From Deltaproteobacteria bacterium (lineage in GTDB: Bacteria > Desulfobacterota > Syntrophia > Syntrophales > UBA8958), in the NCBI GenBank assembly GCA_029561465.1, contig JAKQIZ010000078.1:6638-70637 (forward strand): a DNA stretch of 64,000 nucleotides. The letters run 5' to 3'. The notes under the pieces were generated by a model. That model had not been told where the DNA came from, did not search any database, and saw nothing but the letters and a program-made list of their open reading frames with translations. Numbering within the stretch: the first letter of the stretch is position 1; the number at the start of each line of letters is the position of its first letter. The position numbers and the translations under genes were made by a program. Below, in pieces: positions 26,096-35,366 of the stretch.

Positions 26096-27023
26096 CGTCC
26101 GGCGGCCGCCTGCTCTTCATGTACGCAAGGCCTTCCTTCACTCCCTGCGGTTTCAGCCCCAACTCCGTTTCCATCTTGGTCGTATCGAAAGAGGTATCCC
26201 GGGGACGGGGAGCGATCTCCGGGAAATAGGAATCCGGCACCGGCTCGATGAGGCGGGGATTCAAATCGAAAACCTCCGCCGTCACGAGGGCAAATTCATA
26301 AAGAGAGATATGGTCGCGCCCCGCGATGTGGTAAATGCCGGCGGCGCTGCGCCGGACGATCGTCCAGACCGCCTCCGCACATGACCATACGGACAGGGGC
26401 TTGCTGAAGACATTGTCCACCACCTTGATCCCCTTGCCGCTCTCCAGCGACCGGACCCACCAAACCACCGGGTTGTCCCGTTCCCCCGGATAAGGCCAGC
26501 CGTACATCAGGATGGGCCGGACGATGGCCCAGGGGACGCCGCTGTTACGGATGACGTCTTCCGCATCGACCTTCAAGCGACCATAGCGGTTTATGGGATT
26601 GACGGGATCCGTTTCGGCGTACAGAGGATTTTCGCCGTCAAAGACCGCGTTAGAGGAAATATAAACGACGGCGGCCTGAAAAATCCGGCAGAGCTCGGCC
26701 ACCACCTTCGTTCCCCCCACGTTGACCATGGCGGTTTCATCGCCATGGGATTGAGCATAATCCACGCTGCCGATGGCCGCCGTATGAATGACCAAATCCG
26801 GCCTGGCCCACGCGAATATCGATCTCATTTGTTCGGGGTTTGATACGTCGGCGGCGCGCATGGGGAAAGGCAGCGGCAGCGGCAGGGGACGTTCCGGGTA
26901 ATAGACGGAAAAACAAGCGATATCCCCGGGGGCAAAATACTGGAGAGCCGCCCCCAGCAACCCCGTGCCGCCGGTGATCAGGATTCTTACCGCTTTATCT
27001 TTGTGACCGTATCCCTGCTTCAT
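26085..27023 (-). CDS. NAD(P)-dependent sugar reductase/epimerase (RmlD-like SDR)
   Basis: Rossmann motif ILITGGTGLLGAAL. ATG at 27023 (the ORF-track start at 27029 is TTG). Confidence 0.75.
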   Translation of the reverse strand: MKQGYGHKDKAVRILITGGTGLLGAALQYFAPGDIACFSVYYPERPLPLPLPFPMRAADVSNPEQMRSIFAWARPDLVIHTAAIGSVDYAQSHGDETAMVNVGGTKVVAELCRIFQAAVVYISSNAVFDGENPLYAETDPVNPINRYGRLKVDAEDVIRNSGVPWAIVRPILMYGWPYPGERDNPVVWWVRSLESGKGIKVVDNVFSKPLSVWSCAEAVWTIVRRSAAGIYHIAGRDHISLYEFALVTAEVFDLNPRLIEPVPDSYFPEIAPRPRDTSFDTTKMETELGLKPQGVKEGLAYMKSRRPPDDEK

Positions 27024-27078
27024 ATCCAAACAACCGTTGACCTTTCCATGTGAAGATTTCCGCTGTCCGCAGCGGTCA

Positions 27079-28821
27079 TCAGCGGCGCAACAATTTTAAC
27101 ACCGCGGTTCTCGTAACGGGACTAAAGTATCTATCCCTTATCTGGCCGCCTATTTCGGCAAACCGTTTTTGGTCCTTTCCGGCCGACGTCATGAAATGAT
27201 CGAGGGACAGGAGGAGCTCTTCCTTTGTATATGCCAGGCGCCAGATATCCCCGGACAACGATTCCGGCAGGGGATTGGTGGTAATGCCGCGGCGGCTGCC
27301 GATGACGATGACGGGAATACCCATGGCCGCGGCTTCGAGCAGGGCGCTCGACGTGTTGCCCATGATCAAATCCGTCTGATTCCAGTATGCGGAGATATTT
27401 CCGCCGACAACCTTCAGCAGCGAAGTCAGATGAGCGACATCTCCGTATATCGACTCCAGGCGCATGGCCGGATGGGGTTTCAAAAAAAAGCGGACTCTTT
27501 CTCCCGGCCCCGCTTCGATCGCTTCCAGGAGCAAGCGGAGAATCTCCATGGCACTTTGCGCCTCCAGAGGGAGAATGATCAAGACCCGGAAGAAAGGCGC
27601 TTCAGTTTTTCTCGTTTCCCCTCTCCACACATTCATGTAACGGAAAGCCGGCGCGGTTTCCACCGGCAGATCGCGGCAGAACTGTCGGCGCTCCTCCATA
27701 AGGGCGGGACCGCAGACGGCCAGGCTATGGGGCAAAACGCCGCTGCGGCGCTCCACCTCCGTGGGATAGGCGCACAAGAAATACTTCTGGGTGTCGAACC
27801 CCTGATAGCCCACAACCGCCGTCTCGGGGAAGTAGCGGCGCAAGGCCATATTAAATGCCTTATCCATATCCTGGTTCTCAAACCAGTCGATGACGAGCCG
27901 CAGGGTCGCGCCAGACTTCTTGAGCCTCTTGACGAGACCGAACTTTAGGATGGCCTCCAGGGAACGGCTGGAGAAGAGATGTTTCAACCAGGCGCGGCGC
28001 AACAGGGGGGTCACGTCGATCCCGGAGAGGAGCGCCCGCCGCGGAAACAGGGGCCAACAGCGCAGGGGATACGACCAGGCATGGACAAAGTCGCTGGTCT
28101 GCAGAATTTCTTCCTGGATCAGGAAGCGTTTCGTCGCCGCTCGCAGGCGCTCCACCGTCCCGGCAAGATTCTTGAACCTTACCGCCAGGTTTGCCAAATA
28201 TACATGGTCCTTCTCCTCCTCCTGGCGCAGGCAACCGCCGAAATTCTCATAATAACGGTCCTGGAAATCGCCCGCAGCGAAACTTCCGTCCAGGACGAAA
28301 AGCTCGACGAGCGTGCAGTTTGCCGGCAGAGGTCCTTTCCGGGAAGGGAACCTGATCCGGCAGAGCCAAAAACGGTAGATTTGCCGGGCCATGTCTCTCC
28401 CGCAATCCCAGGCGCTTTTCCACAGTATCTTTAGGGGTTCGAAAAAACTCTCTTTCGCGACGACCCTCACCGCCGCACCCTGGGCCCGGCAAACGGAACG
28501 GATGGTCTTGGCGAGGGGCCTGGATGCCGTTACAATCTCCGCGATGTCCTGGTCCGCCAGCAGGTCCCGGATCAAAACAACGTGGCAGCATTCGACGAAA
28601 AGGGAACAGACATAGGTATTGCGGCCGGCGATCCCCGAAACCCACCAGTCGAGATCGTCCTCCTTGCCGATCGCCATTCGGGAGATCATATCATTGTAGT
28701 GAACGCGCGTGCGATCCGCCACCTCATTGAGCCGTTTCGCCTGCTCGGGGGTCAAAAGGCCGTCCCTGGAAAGATCAATACGCAAGAAGAAAAACCCCCG
28801 GTCGATTATAGGGCGACACAA
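27079..28821 (-). CDS. large hypothetical protein (580 aa), possible GT-B-type transferase
   Basis: The C-terminal pattern FLKPHPAM ... LIMGNTSSALLEAAAMGIPVIVIG resembles a GT-B nucleotide-sugar-binding half. No family recognised. TTG start, uncertain. Confidence 0.5.
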   Translation of the reverse strand: MCRPIIDRGFFFLRIDLSRDGLLTPEQAKRLNEVADRTRVHYNDMISRMAIGKEDDLDWWVSGIAGRNTYVCSLFVECCHVVLIRDLLADQDIAEIVTASRPLAKTIRSVCRAQGAAVRVVAKESFFEPLKILWKSAWDCGRDMARQIYRFWLCRIRFPSRKGPLPANCTLVELFVLDGSFAAGDFQDRYYENFGGCLRQEEEKDHVYLANLAVRFKNLAGTVERLRAATKRFLIQEEILQTSDFVHAWSYPLRCWPLFPRRALLSGIDVTPLLRRAWLKHLFSSRSLEAILKFGLVKRLKKSGATLRLVIDWFENQDMDKAFNMALRRYFPETAVVGYQGFDTQKYFLCAYPTEVERRSGVLPHSLAVCGPALMEERRQFCRDLPVETAPAFRYMNVWRGETRKTEAPFFRVLIILPLEAQSAMEILRLLLEAIEAGPGERVRFFLKPHPAMRLESIYGDVAHLTSLLKVVGGNISAYWNQTDLIMGNTSSALLEAAAMGIPVIVIGSRRGITTNPLPESLSGDIWRLAYTKEELLLSLDHFMTSAGKDQKRFAEIGGQIRDRYFSPVTRTAVLKLLRR

Positions 28822-29447
28822 TAATCATGCAGTCCGGTAAGATCGGGAAGAACCGTCACCTCGGGCGGGAAAAAAGAGACCGAACCTGATTTGCGTCCCA
28901 CAAAGAGGATCCCCGCCTTCCGTGCGCCTTCATAATCCGTCTGGGAATCACCGACCATGAGAACGCAATCGCGGTCATAGCGATGATCGAGACAGATGTC
29001 CGTGATTATTTCTGCTTTCGACGCCGGCGAGCCGTGAACGGAAACAAAAAAATGTTCCACCTCCCGGCGCTTGACGATCGCGATCATTTCCGGCTCGGGA
29101 GTCCCCGACGCCACATAGAGGTCCTGCGTGCGATAATGGGCGGACAAGAAATCATACGCCCCGGGCACCCAGGGGGCATGGACCACGGCCTCCACGACCA
29201 GCGCGGAAAACATCTCCCCCAATCGTTTCTCCTCCCCGGGGCCGATATGGTGTCCCAGGAGGATCTTTTCATAGTAGCGGAATTTTTCGTATCGCGACAT
29301 GCCGCCGTGCCGCAGGTGATAATCGACGACCTGAGCGACGGTCTCGGGCCCGTATTTTTCATACATACGGGCAAAGGCAGCCGTTTTGACGTCCAGAGAT
29401 TCCACGAGCACGCCGTCGAAATCAAAAATGATCGCTTCGATCGGCAA
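28806..29447 (-). CDS. HAD-superfamily phosphatase
   Basis: Motif I IIFDFDGVLVES. Motif IV MVGDSQTDYEGA. TTG start preceded by GGAGGGG. Confidence 0.8.
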   Translation of the reverse strand: MPIEAIIFDFDGVLVESLDVKTAAFARMYEKYGPETVAQVVDYHLRHGGMSRYEKFRYYEKILLGHHIGPGEEKRLGEMFSALVVEAVVHAPWVPGAYDFLSAHYRTQDLYVASGTPEPEMIAIVKRREVEHFFVSVHGSPASKAEIITDICLDHRYDRDCVLMVGDSQTDYEGARKAGILFVGRKSGSVSFFPPEVTVLPDLTGLHDYCVAL

Positions 29448-29450
29448 GCG

Positions 29451-30113
29451 CTACCCCTCCACCCAACCAAGTACGGAACATGGCGCCCCGTCTCCCCCCT
29501 GGAAGCGCAACGGCAGGGCGATAATCTTCGTGAGCCGTTCTTTAGGTTGGAGATTCCCCAGCGCCAGGTCTTCGAAGATCAGGATTTCTCTTTCCAGGAG
29601 GGCGCGATGCGCCTCCCTCCCCTCCTCCCTTCTCGCCAGGCTGGAAACAGACAGGAAATCCACACCCACCGCCCGGAGACCGGAAATGCCGTTTTTTAAA
29701 TACTCCCCAAGAGCAGGGGAAAGCCCGGGCCCCTGCCGCCAGTAGATCTCCTCCTGTCGCCGCAGGGAAAAACCCGTCTTCACGAGGAGAATATCAATGG
29801 GTTGATCCAGGGGCAATTTCGGGGTGACATCTTCCGGCCTTATCAACTCGCCCGGCGGCACCGAGATTTCGATCAATAGCGGCGAGTGGAACAGCCATGT
29901 CTCGGGCGGGTAGTGTTCAACGGCGCCACCCGCCGGGAGAAAATGCCGGGGAACATCCACATGGGTGCCCGCATGGCTCGATAGGCCGAGCAGAGTGGTA
30001 TTGCAGGAGTCGCCCCGGGCCATCGATCTGGGGTGCGTAAAACCGATCTTGTCCCCGCCGCCGTAGAGGGGGGTATCAGGGGCCAGGACATGGGACAGCC
30101 AGACGACCTTCAT
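29451..30113 (-). CDS. cyclase-family protein (kynurenine-formamidase-like metallohydrolase)
   Basis: HAGTHVDVPRH matches the HxGTHxDxPxH motif. 220 aa. Confidence 0.8.
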   Translation of the reverse strand: MKVVWLSHVLAPDTPLYGGGDKIGFTHPRSMARGDSCNTTLLGLSSHAGTHVDVPRHFLPAGGAVEHYPPETWLFHSPLLIEISVPPGELIRPEDVTPKLPLDQPIDILLVKTGFSLRRQEEIYWRQGPGLSPALGEYLKNGISGLRAVGVDFLSVSSLARREEGREAHRALLEREILIFEDLALGNLQPKERLTKIIALPLRFQGGDGAPCSVLGWVEG

Positions 30114-30123
30114 TTAGAGTCCC

Positions 30124-31023
30124 TCATTGCCGGCCCGAACCGATTTCCCGATAAACCTCCTCGATAAGTTCGAGGATGCCCTGGCCGATGTCGATAAACA
30201 CATTCGATACCATTTTTTTCCCCTCCCGGGGCGTGAAGCGGTAGGGGGTAATGTCGTAATGGACGGGATCTCTCCCTTCTTTCTTGAACTCTATCCGGAC
30301 ATGTTCATTCATTATCTCCTGAATCATTCTCAGCAATTCCCGGGAGTTCAACGCATGGGTCCCCGTGAGAATCAAGCGCTGATTGATGAATTCAGCGGCC
30401 AGGGCGGCAATGCTCAATTGCGCCGCGTCTTTGACATGAATATACTCCCGCCTTTCCTCACCCGTCCCGGGATAGACGATTACCCCGTCCCGCACCGCCT
30501 GGGTTATATAACGTTTCATCCCGTTCCATTCCTGGGAGCGAGGACCGTAGAGAGATCCGTAGCGCAGAATCGTGTATTTCAGCGCGTACTGTTCGTAGTA
30601 TGCCTCGAGCATATGCTCCACCGTCTGTTTGCTTACCCGGTAAAACGAGCCGTGCTGGCTGTAAACATAAATCGTGGAGGCATACATGAGCCGCTCGATG
30701 CCCGCCTGGACGCAGGCATCAAAGACATTCGCGCTGCCGATGATATTCTTCTCGAGGGTTTCCCGGGGCGATTCCACGGACTTGCCGATATCGGCGATGC
30801 CGGCCAGATGATAGACGTAATGAGCCCCCGCCAGCGCTTTCCGCACCTCCCCCTCGTCCAGGACATTGCCGACGATCATCTCCTGTTCGGGCCGCAGCCA
30901 CGGCGAAGGACGCACATCGAATACCGTTACGCGGTATCCCCGATCGGTCAAGGCATCGGCGAGATGACTTCCGAGAAAGCCGGACCCACCGATAACGACG
31001 ACGTTCTTTTTACTCATAAGCAT
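30124..31023 (-). CDS. NAD-dependent epimerase/dehydratase family protein
   Basis: VVVIGGSGFLGSHLADAL Rossmann motif and YRVSK (YxxxK). An alternative ATG at 31017 forms an ATGA overlap with the upstream stop. Confidence 0.8.
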   Translation of the reverse strand: MLMSKKNVVVIGGSGFLGSHLADALTDRGYRVTVFDVRPSPWLRPEQEMIVGNVLDEGEVRKALAGAHYVYHLAGIADIGKSVESPRETLEKNIIGSANVFDACVQAGIERLMYASTIYVYSQHGSFYRVSKQTVEHMLEAYYEQYALKYTILRYGSLYGPRSQEWNGMKRYITQAVRDGVIVYPGTGEERREYIHVKDAAQLSIAALAAEFINQRLILTGTHALNSRELLRMIQEIMNEHVRIEFKKEGRDPVHYDITPYRFTPREGKKMVSNVFIDIGQGILELIEEVYREIGSGRQ

Positions 31024-31940
31024 CCGGTCTCCTTCAAACCACGATAAAGGTTGGCCAGGGCCCGCGACTCCATTTCCGCCCTGGCTTCCCGGGCATAGGA
31101 ACCGATATGGGGCGTCAATAAAACATTGTCGAACGCCAGCAGGGGCCCCGCATACGGTTCCTGCTCAAAAACATCCAGACAGGCGAAACCGACCTGACCG
31201 GAGGCTAAATGCCGCACCAGTGCCCTTTCATCAACCAACGTCCCCCGGGCCGTATTGATCAGGATGACCCCCCGGCGGCATGACTTCAGTTCCCCATCCC
31301 CCATGATCACCTCCCGGCCGCCGGCATGGAGCGAGATGATCTCGGCCCTTTCCATAAGTTCCGCCCGGGATACCGGACCGGCCCAGGTCACCGCGGCTTG
31401 GGGGCATGGATCGTAATAAATCACCTCCGCGCCGAAGGTCCTGGCCAACGTCCCCACCCGTTGACCGATGGCACCGAAACCGATGATCCCCAGCAGCTTC
31501 CCGGCCAGCAAAGAGCCCATCTGCTTTTGCCAGCGCGCCTCCCGGAGCCGGCGGTCATGACCGGCGAGATTGCGCAAGGCCGAAAGGATCATGCCCAAGG
31601 TCAATTCCGCCACGGCCTGGGTAAGGACGTGCTCCGTGCGGTAAACCCTGATGCCCAAGGCGGCGGCGGCGGCGAGATCCACATTGTCCCAGCCCACGCC
31701 GACCCTGGAAATCACCCGCAGATGATCCTTGGCGGCGCCCAGAACGGCGCCATCGATCCTCTCCGTGCCCGCCAGGATGCCCACGGGCCGGTGTCGATCA
31801 AGGAGTCCGACCAGTTCATCCCCCGTGAGCACCCGCCCGTAAGGATTCAAAACGTACGGAAATCCCCGGTCTTTCAAGTCGTCCAGGAGTTCCGGGGTCC
31901 CGGCGGCAAACGACGAGGTCGTGATCAGTATCGTTCCCAT
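31014..31940 (-). CDS. D-isomer-specific 2-hydroxyacid dehydrogenase (phosphoglycerate-dehydrogenase-like)
   Basis: GIIGFGAIGQRVG NAD motif. INTARG and TPHIGSY catalytic-region motifs. Confidence 0.85.
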   Translation of the reverse strand: MGTILITTSSFAAGTPELLDDLKDRGFPYVLNPYGRVLTGDELVGLLDRHRPVGILAGTERIDGAVLGAAKDHLRVISRVGVGWDNVDLAAAAALGIRVYRTEHVLTQAVAELTLGMILSALRNLAGHDRRLREARWQKQMGSLLAGKLLGIIGFGAIGQRVGTLARTFGAEVIYYDPCPQAAVTWAGPVSRAELMERAEIISLHAGGREVIMGDGELKSCRRGVILINTARGTLVDERALVRHLASGQVGFACLDVFEQEPYAGPLLAFDNVLLTPHIGSYAREARAEMESRALANLYRGLKETGCL

Positions 31941-31956
31941 TTCCCCCCTGATCGCT

Positions 31957-32853
31957 TCATGACCAGCTTCGGTACTGGGCGGCCTTTTCCGGACGCCGGG
32001 TCAATATCACCCCCAGGAAACCGTCGAAGTCTTTCCTTCGCCATAGATATTTAGTGAGCTTCAATAATCCGGCCGACGGATACTGGGTATAACAATCCTG
32101 GCAAACGATCTCCCAGCCCGCAAAGTTGAAAATCAATCCCCAATCTTCCGGGCATAACTCAAATATGTGGGTGTTTTCGGCATATACAGGATCCGGAGAT
32201 CTTCGTCGCAGATGATGCAAACCGACCCGGCTTCGCCGCACGTAGGGAACCGTGATCACGAAATAGGAGCAGGAAGAATGGATAGCGATGTCGTGGAGGA
32301 AACCGATGGGGTCAAAGAGGTGTTCCAGCGTTTCATAGGAAATGAAAATGTCGGCGGATAAGCCGTCTTTGAGCAGGTGTAATTTCTCCGCCCGACACTG
32401 CCGGGCCGCCATCCCCTGCGCCTGGATCTTTTTTACCGCCTCGGGATCGAGGTTCACGGACATGGACCGAATGGCGATGCCCTTCTCCTTCACTAATTCA
32501 TTTAGATAACGGAGATGCGCACCGGAAGAATCGCCCACGTCGACCACATGGACAATCTCCCTCTTTGCGTCTTGGACATAAATGTCCATGGCCTTCAAGA
32601 GCAGCTCCATCTGAAAGGCATGCTGATTTCTCAATTTTTCCTGTAAAAAGACGTCCTGGGGGTTTACCTGAAGAAACGAATACTGATTCGATATGTCGGG
32701 GATAATCTCCTCGAGCCTTTGCTTCAATTCCCCGTACCCCCGTTGCGCGCCGCTCGCCCGCAATGACCTGACCAACAATTTGCCGACCAGCCGGCGGATC
32801 TGTGTCTGGAGTGGGGATGGTGTTTCCATGGCCGGCTGCAATAGAACGGTCAA
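31957..32853 (-). CDS. probable class I methyltransferase-fold protein
   Basis: VVDVGDSSGAH (motif I-like) and ETLEHLFDP (motif post-II-like). Start is TTG 32853 (TTGA overlap) or ATG 32829. Confidence 0.55.
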   Translation of the reverse strand: MTVLLQPAMETPSPLQTQIRRLVGKLLVRSLRASGAQRGYGELKQRLEEIIPDISNQYSFLQVNPQDVFLQEKLRNQHAFQMELLLKAMDIYVQDAKREIVHVVDVGDSSGAHLRYLNELVKEKGIAIRSMSVNLDPEAVKKIQAQGMAARQCRAEKLHLLKDGLSADIFISYETLEHLFDPIGFLHDIAIHSSCSYFVITVPYVRRSRVGLHHLRRRSPDPVYAENTHIFELCPEDWGLIFNFAGWEIVCQDCYTQYPSAGLLKLTKYLWRRKDFDGFLGVILTRRPEKAAQYRSWS

Positions 32854-33602
32854 TCGCCTCCGGCGACGGTAATGATCTCGCCCGTGATGAAATCCGCGTC
32901 ATCGGACATAAGATATTCAAAAGCGGCGGCGATTTCATTGGTCTTGCCCGCCCGTCCCAGGGGGATTTTGGCGATTCGTTCCTCCTGCTCCTCCTCGGTG
33001 CGACCCGTCCGCTGCTGGGGAGTCATGACAAAACCCGCCCGCACCCCGTTGATGCGGACGCCGGTCCTCGCTACTTCTCGCGCCAGACCGCGCATGGCAA
33101 TCTCCAAGGCCCCCTTGGCGGCGGCATAATGAATGGATCGGGAAGAACCGGCATACTTAGGGGCAATGGAACTCAAATAGACGATCCTGCCGAAGCCGGC
33201 GGCGATCATAGACGGGAGGGCGTGTGTCGCCAGGGTGTAAGCGGCCAGGCAATGTTGTCGGAAGATGGTTTCCCAATCCGCCCACTCCAGATCACGCCAC
33301 CCCTTCCAGCCTACGTCGCCGTGGCAGATGGCCAGGAGGTCCAGGGAGCCAAGCGCTTGGCGACATTCCGCCACCAGCCCGGAACAGGCCTTTTCGCTCC
33401 CCAGGTCGGCCTGAAAAATATGGCCCCGGTTGGCATCGATCCCCAGGTCCCGGCAGAGGCTCGCGACGGAACCGGGATTTTTAAAGCAATGCAATCCCAT
33501 GGTCGTTTCTTTCCGGGCCAGACGGCGGACCACCGCGGACCCGATGGCGCCGGAAGCGCCCACAACGAGACATGACCTTTGCCGCCCGTGCTCATTCTCC
33601 AT
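32850..33602 (-). CDS. short-chain dehydrogenase/reductase (SDR)
   Basis: CLVVGASGAIGSAV (TGxxxGxG-like) and YAAAKGA (YxxxK). 250 aa. Confidence 0.8.
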   Translation of the reverse strand: MENEHGRQRSCLVVGASGAIGSAVVRRLARKETTMGLHCFKNPGSVASLCRDLGIDANRGHIFQADLGSEKACSGLVAECRQALGSLDLLAICHGDVGWKGWRDLEWADWETIFRQHCLAAYTLATHALPSMIAAGFGRIVYLSSIAPKYAGSSRSIHYAAAKGALEIAMRGLAREVARTGVRINGVRAGFVMTPQQRTGRTEEEQEERIAKIPLGRAGKTNEIAAAFEYLMSDDADFITGEIITVAGGD

Positions 33603-34581
33603 TTTTCTTTACCTGCGTCGCCCGCCAGGGACATCCCCGGCATGCATCGAGAAGATGAGACTCTCCGCGCCTATGCATTTCCCTCGCTCGTTGCACCAGG
33701 GGATCATGCCAACATGAATATATATCCCGGTTCCGTACATTTCCCGGGGACAGAAGACGAAAATCATCGTTGTTACAGGGAATTATCGCCCCGTTCCATT
33801 CCACGGTCATCCGTTGCCAAAGCTGGGGGCAGGCCCATCCCGGATCGATCAGATTTTCATCCCGCTGCACGGCGTCCTTGTAGTCGATGGCGGCGGCCTC
33901 ATCACAGCGGTAGCGCCAATAATCACGGTACTCATCGAGATCTACATAGGGCAGACAGACCGTCTGGACCCTGACTTTGGGATGAGAACAGTTCCTTCTG
34001 ACCTTGAGATCCATCAATGTCTCTATATTCCTCGCAATACGATCATATTTGGCGCCTACCCGCTCCTTTTCAAAACGAACCGGGTCCACACCTTCCACGG
34101 AGATGGAAATGCGATCCAGGCCCGCCGCGATCAGTTTATCCGCCATATTCTCGGTAAGCAGCATGCCGTTGGAATTGAAATAGATGTCCACGATTCCCCT
34201 TTTCTTCGCATAGGCCACCATCTCCGCAATGCGGGGATTGAGCAGCGGCTCGCCGCGATAACTGAGTTTCACGCTCCATAACTGCCTTTCCTCCCCTTCA
34301 TCGATAATCTTCCGATATAGATCGAAGTCCATATCCCCCAACTGATCCCGGGAAAGCAGGGGCAGTTTGTCGCAAAAGGTGCAGCGAAGGTTGCAGCGGC
34401 TCGAGGCTTCGAGATCCAGGTGCACGGGAAATTCCCGGACCTGGAAGCGGGACGGATATGCCATCCAGCAATGCCGGTATTCGTCATAACGGGCCGTTCT
34501 GTCCTCCGGGTCCGACGAGCCCCAGAGGGAATAAAAATTGGCGTTGGCTTGCGCTTGAACTCTTTTTTCCATCCTGGTCAT
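33592..34581 (-). CDS. radical SAM protein with SPASM/twitch-type C-terminal Cys-rich domain
   Basis: CNLRCTFC (CX3CX2C). C-terminal cysteines in CPQLW...IPCNND...CRGCPW. Paralogous by eye to 40211..41227. Confidence 0.85.
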   Translation of the reverse strand: MTRMEKRVQAQANANFYSLWGSSDPEDRTARYDEYRHCWMAYPSRFQVREFPVHLDLEASSRCNLRCTFCDKLPLLSRDQLGDMDFDLYRKIIDEGEERQLWSVKLSYRGEPLLNPRIAEMVAYAKKRGIVDIYFNSNGMLLTENMADKLIAAGLDRISISVEGVDPVRFEKERVGAKYDRIARNIETLMDLKVRRNCSHPKVRVQTVCLPYVDLDEYRDYWRYRCDEAAAIDYKDAVQRDENLIDPGWACPQLWQRMTVEWNGAIIPCNNDDFRLLSPGNVRNRDIYSCWHDPLVQRAREMHRRGESHLLDACRGCPWRATQVKKNGE

Positions 34582-35342
34582 CTCATTTCATAGGGGGTGG
34601 CAGCCGCGGAAAACCCCTGCTGCGCCAGCCAGTATTCCACGCCGGCAAGCTGCCATTCGAAGTCCACGTCACACCCACCCCATTGCTGGAGGGGAAAGAT
34701 CTTCCTCCCCATCCATTTCTGGGGCAGCAGTCCCTCCTCCAGATTATCCAGGCACCGGGGCCGAACGATGGATACCCCCATATCGGCAAACCAGACATCG
34801 CCTTGCGAATCGCGGTCACAGTTCAGAGTCGCCGGATCGCCGAAGGTTTCGAAAGGAACGAAGGGATGCAACAGTCCGTCCGCGCCGATTTTCCTCGCCC
34901 GCAGCGGGCTCCACATATTGTAGCAGGAAACGGTCACCGCGGAATCGTACTCCTCATTTTTCCTGAGGATTTCTATTCCCGCGTCGATGGTCGCCGCCAG
35001 GATCGTCGCCGCGTTGCAAAACAGCAGCACGATCAATTCGATTTCTTTTCCCTCCTTGCCCAAGCTCTCCTTTATGACGCGGTAACCGTGGACGTACGCG
35101 TGTTCCCCCAGGGCGGCCCGGGAGGCAAGTTCGGGAGGGCGGACAATGATCCGGGCGCCGTGTTTTTCCCCGAGCGCCATAATCCGTTCATCATCCGTCG
35201 ATACATAGACCTGGTCCACATTCCGGGCGTATTTCGCCGCCAGGAGGGGATATTCCATCAAGGGTCTGCCCAACACGGGATAAAGGTTCTTGCCGGGAAA
35301 ACCGACACTCCCCTTTCTTCCCAACAAAAGCGCTACGATCAT
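34578..35342 (-). CDS. acylneuraminate-cytidylyltransferase-family (CMP-sugar synthetase-like) protein
   Basis: N-terminal LLLGRKGSVGFPGKNL (GSxxxPxKN-type motif). 254 aa. ATGA overlap at 34578..34581. Confidence 0.8.
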   Translation of the reverse strand: MIVALLLGRKGSVGFPGKNLYPVLGRPLMEYPLLAAKYARNVDQVYVSTDDERIMALGEKHGARIIVRPPELASRAALGEHAYVHGYRVIKESLGKEGKEIELIVLLFCNAATILAATIDAGIEILRKNEEYDSAVTVSCYNMWSPLRARKIGADGLLHPFVPFETFGDPATLNCDRDSQGDVWFADMGVSIVRPRCLDNLEEGLLPQKWMGRKIFPLQQWGGCDVDFEWQLAGVEYWLAQQGFSAAATPYEMR

Positions 35343-35366
35343 TTTCCCACCTCCCCGTTATGCGTT

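Noticed and set aside
27060-27075. Hairpin CCGCTG-TCCG-CAGCGG just downstream (minus sense) of the 580-aa orphan gene.
   Set aside because: It has a 6-bp stem and no U-tract, and the next gene starts about 30 nt away in the same operon context. It is probably incidental.
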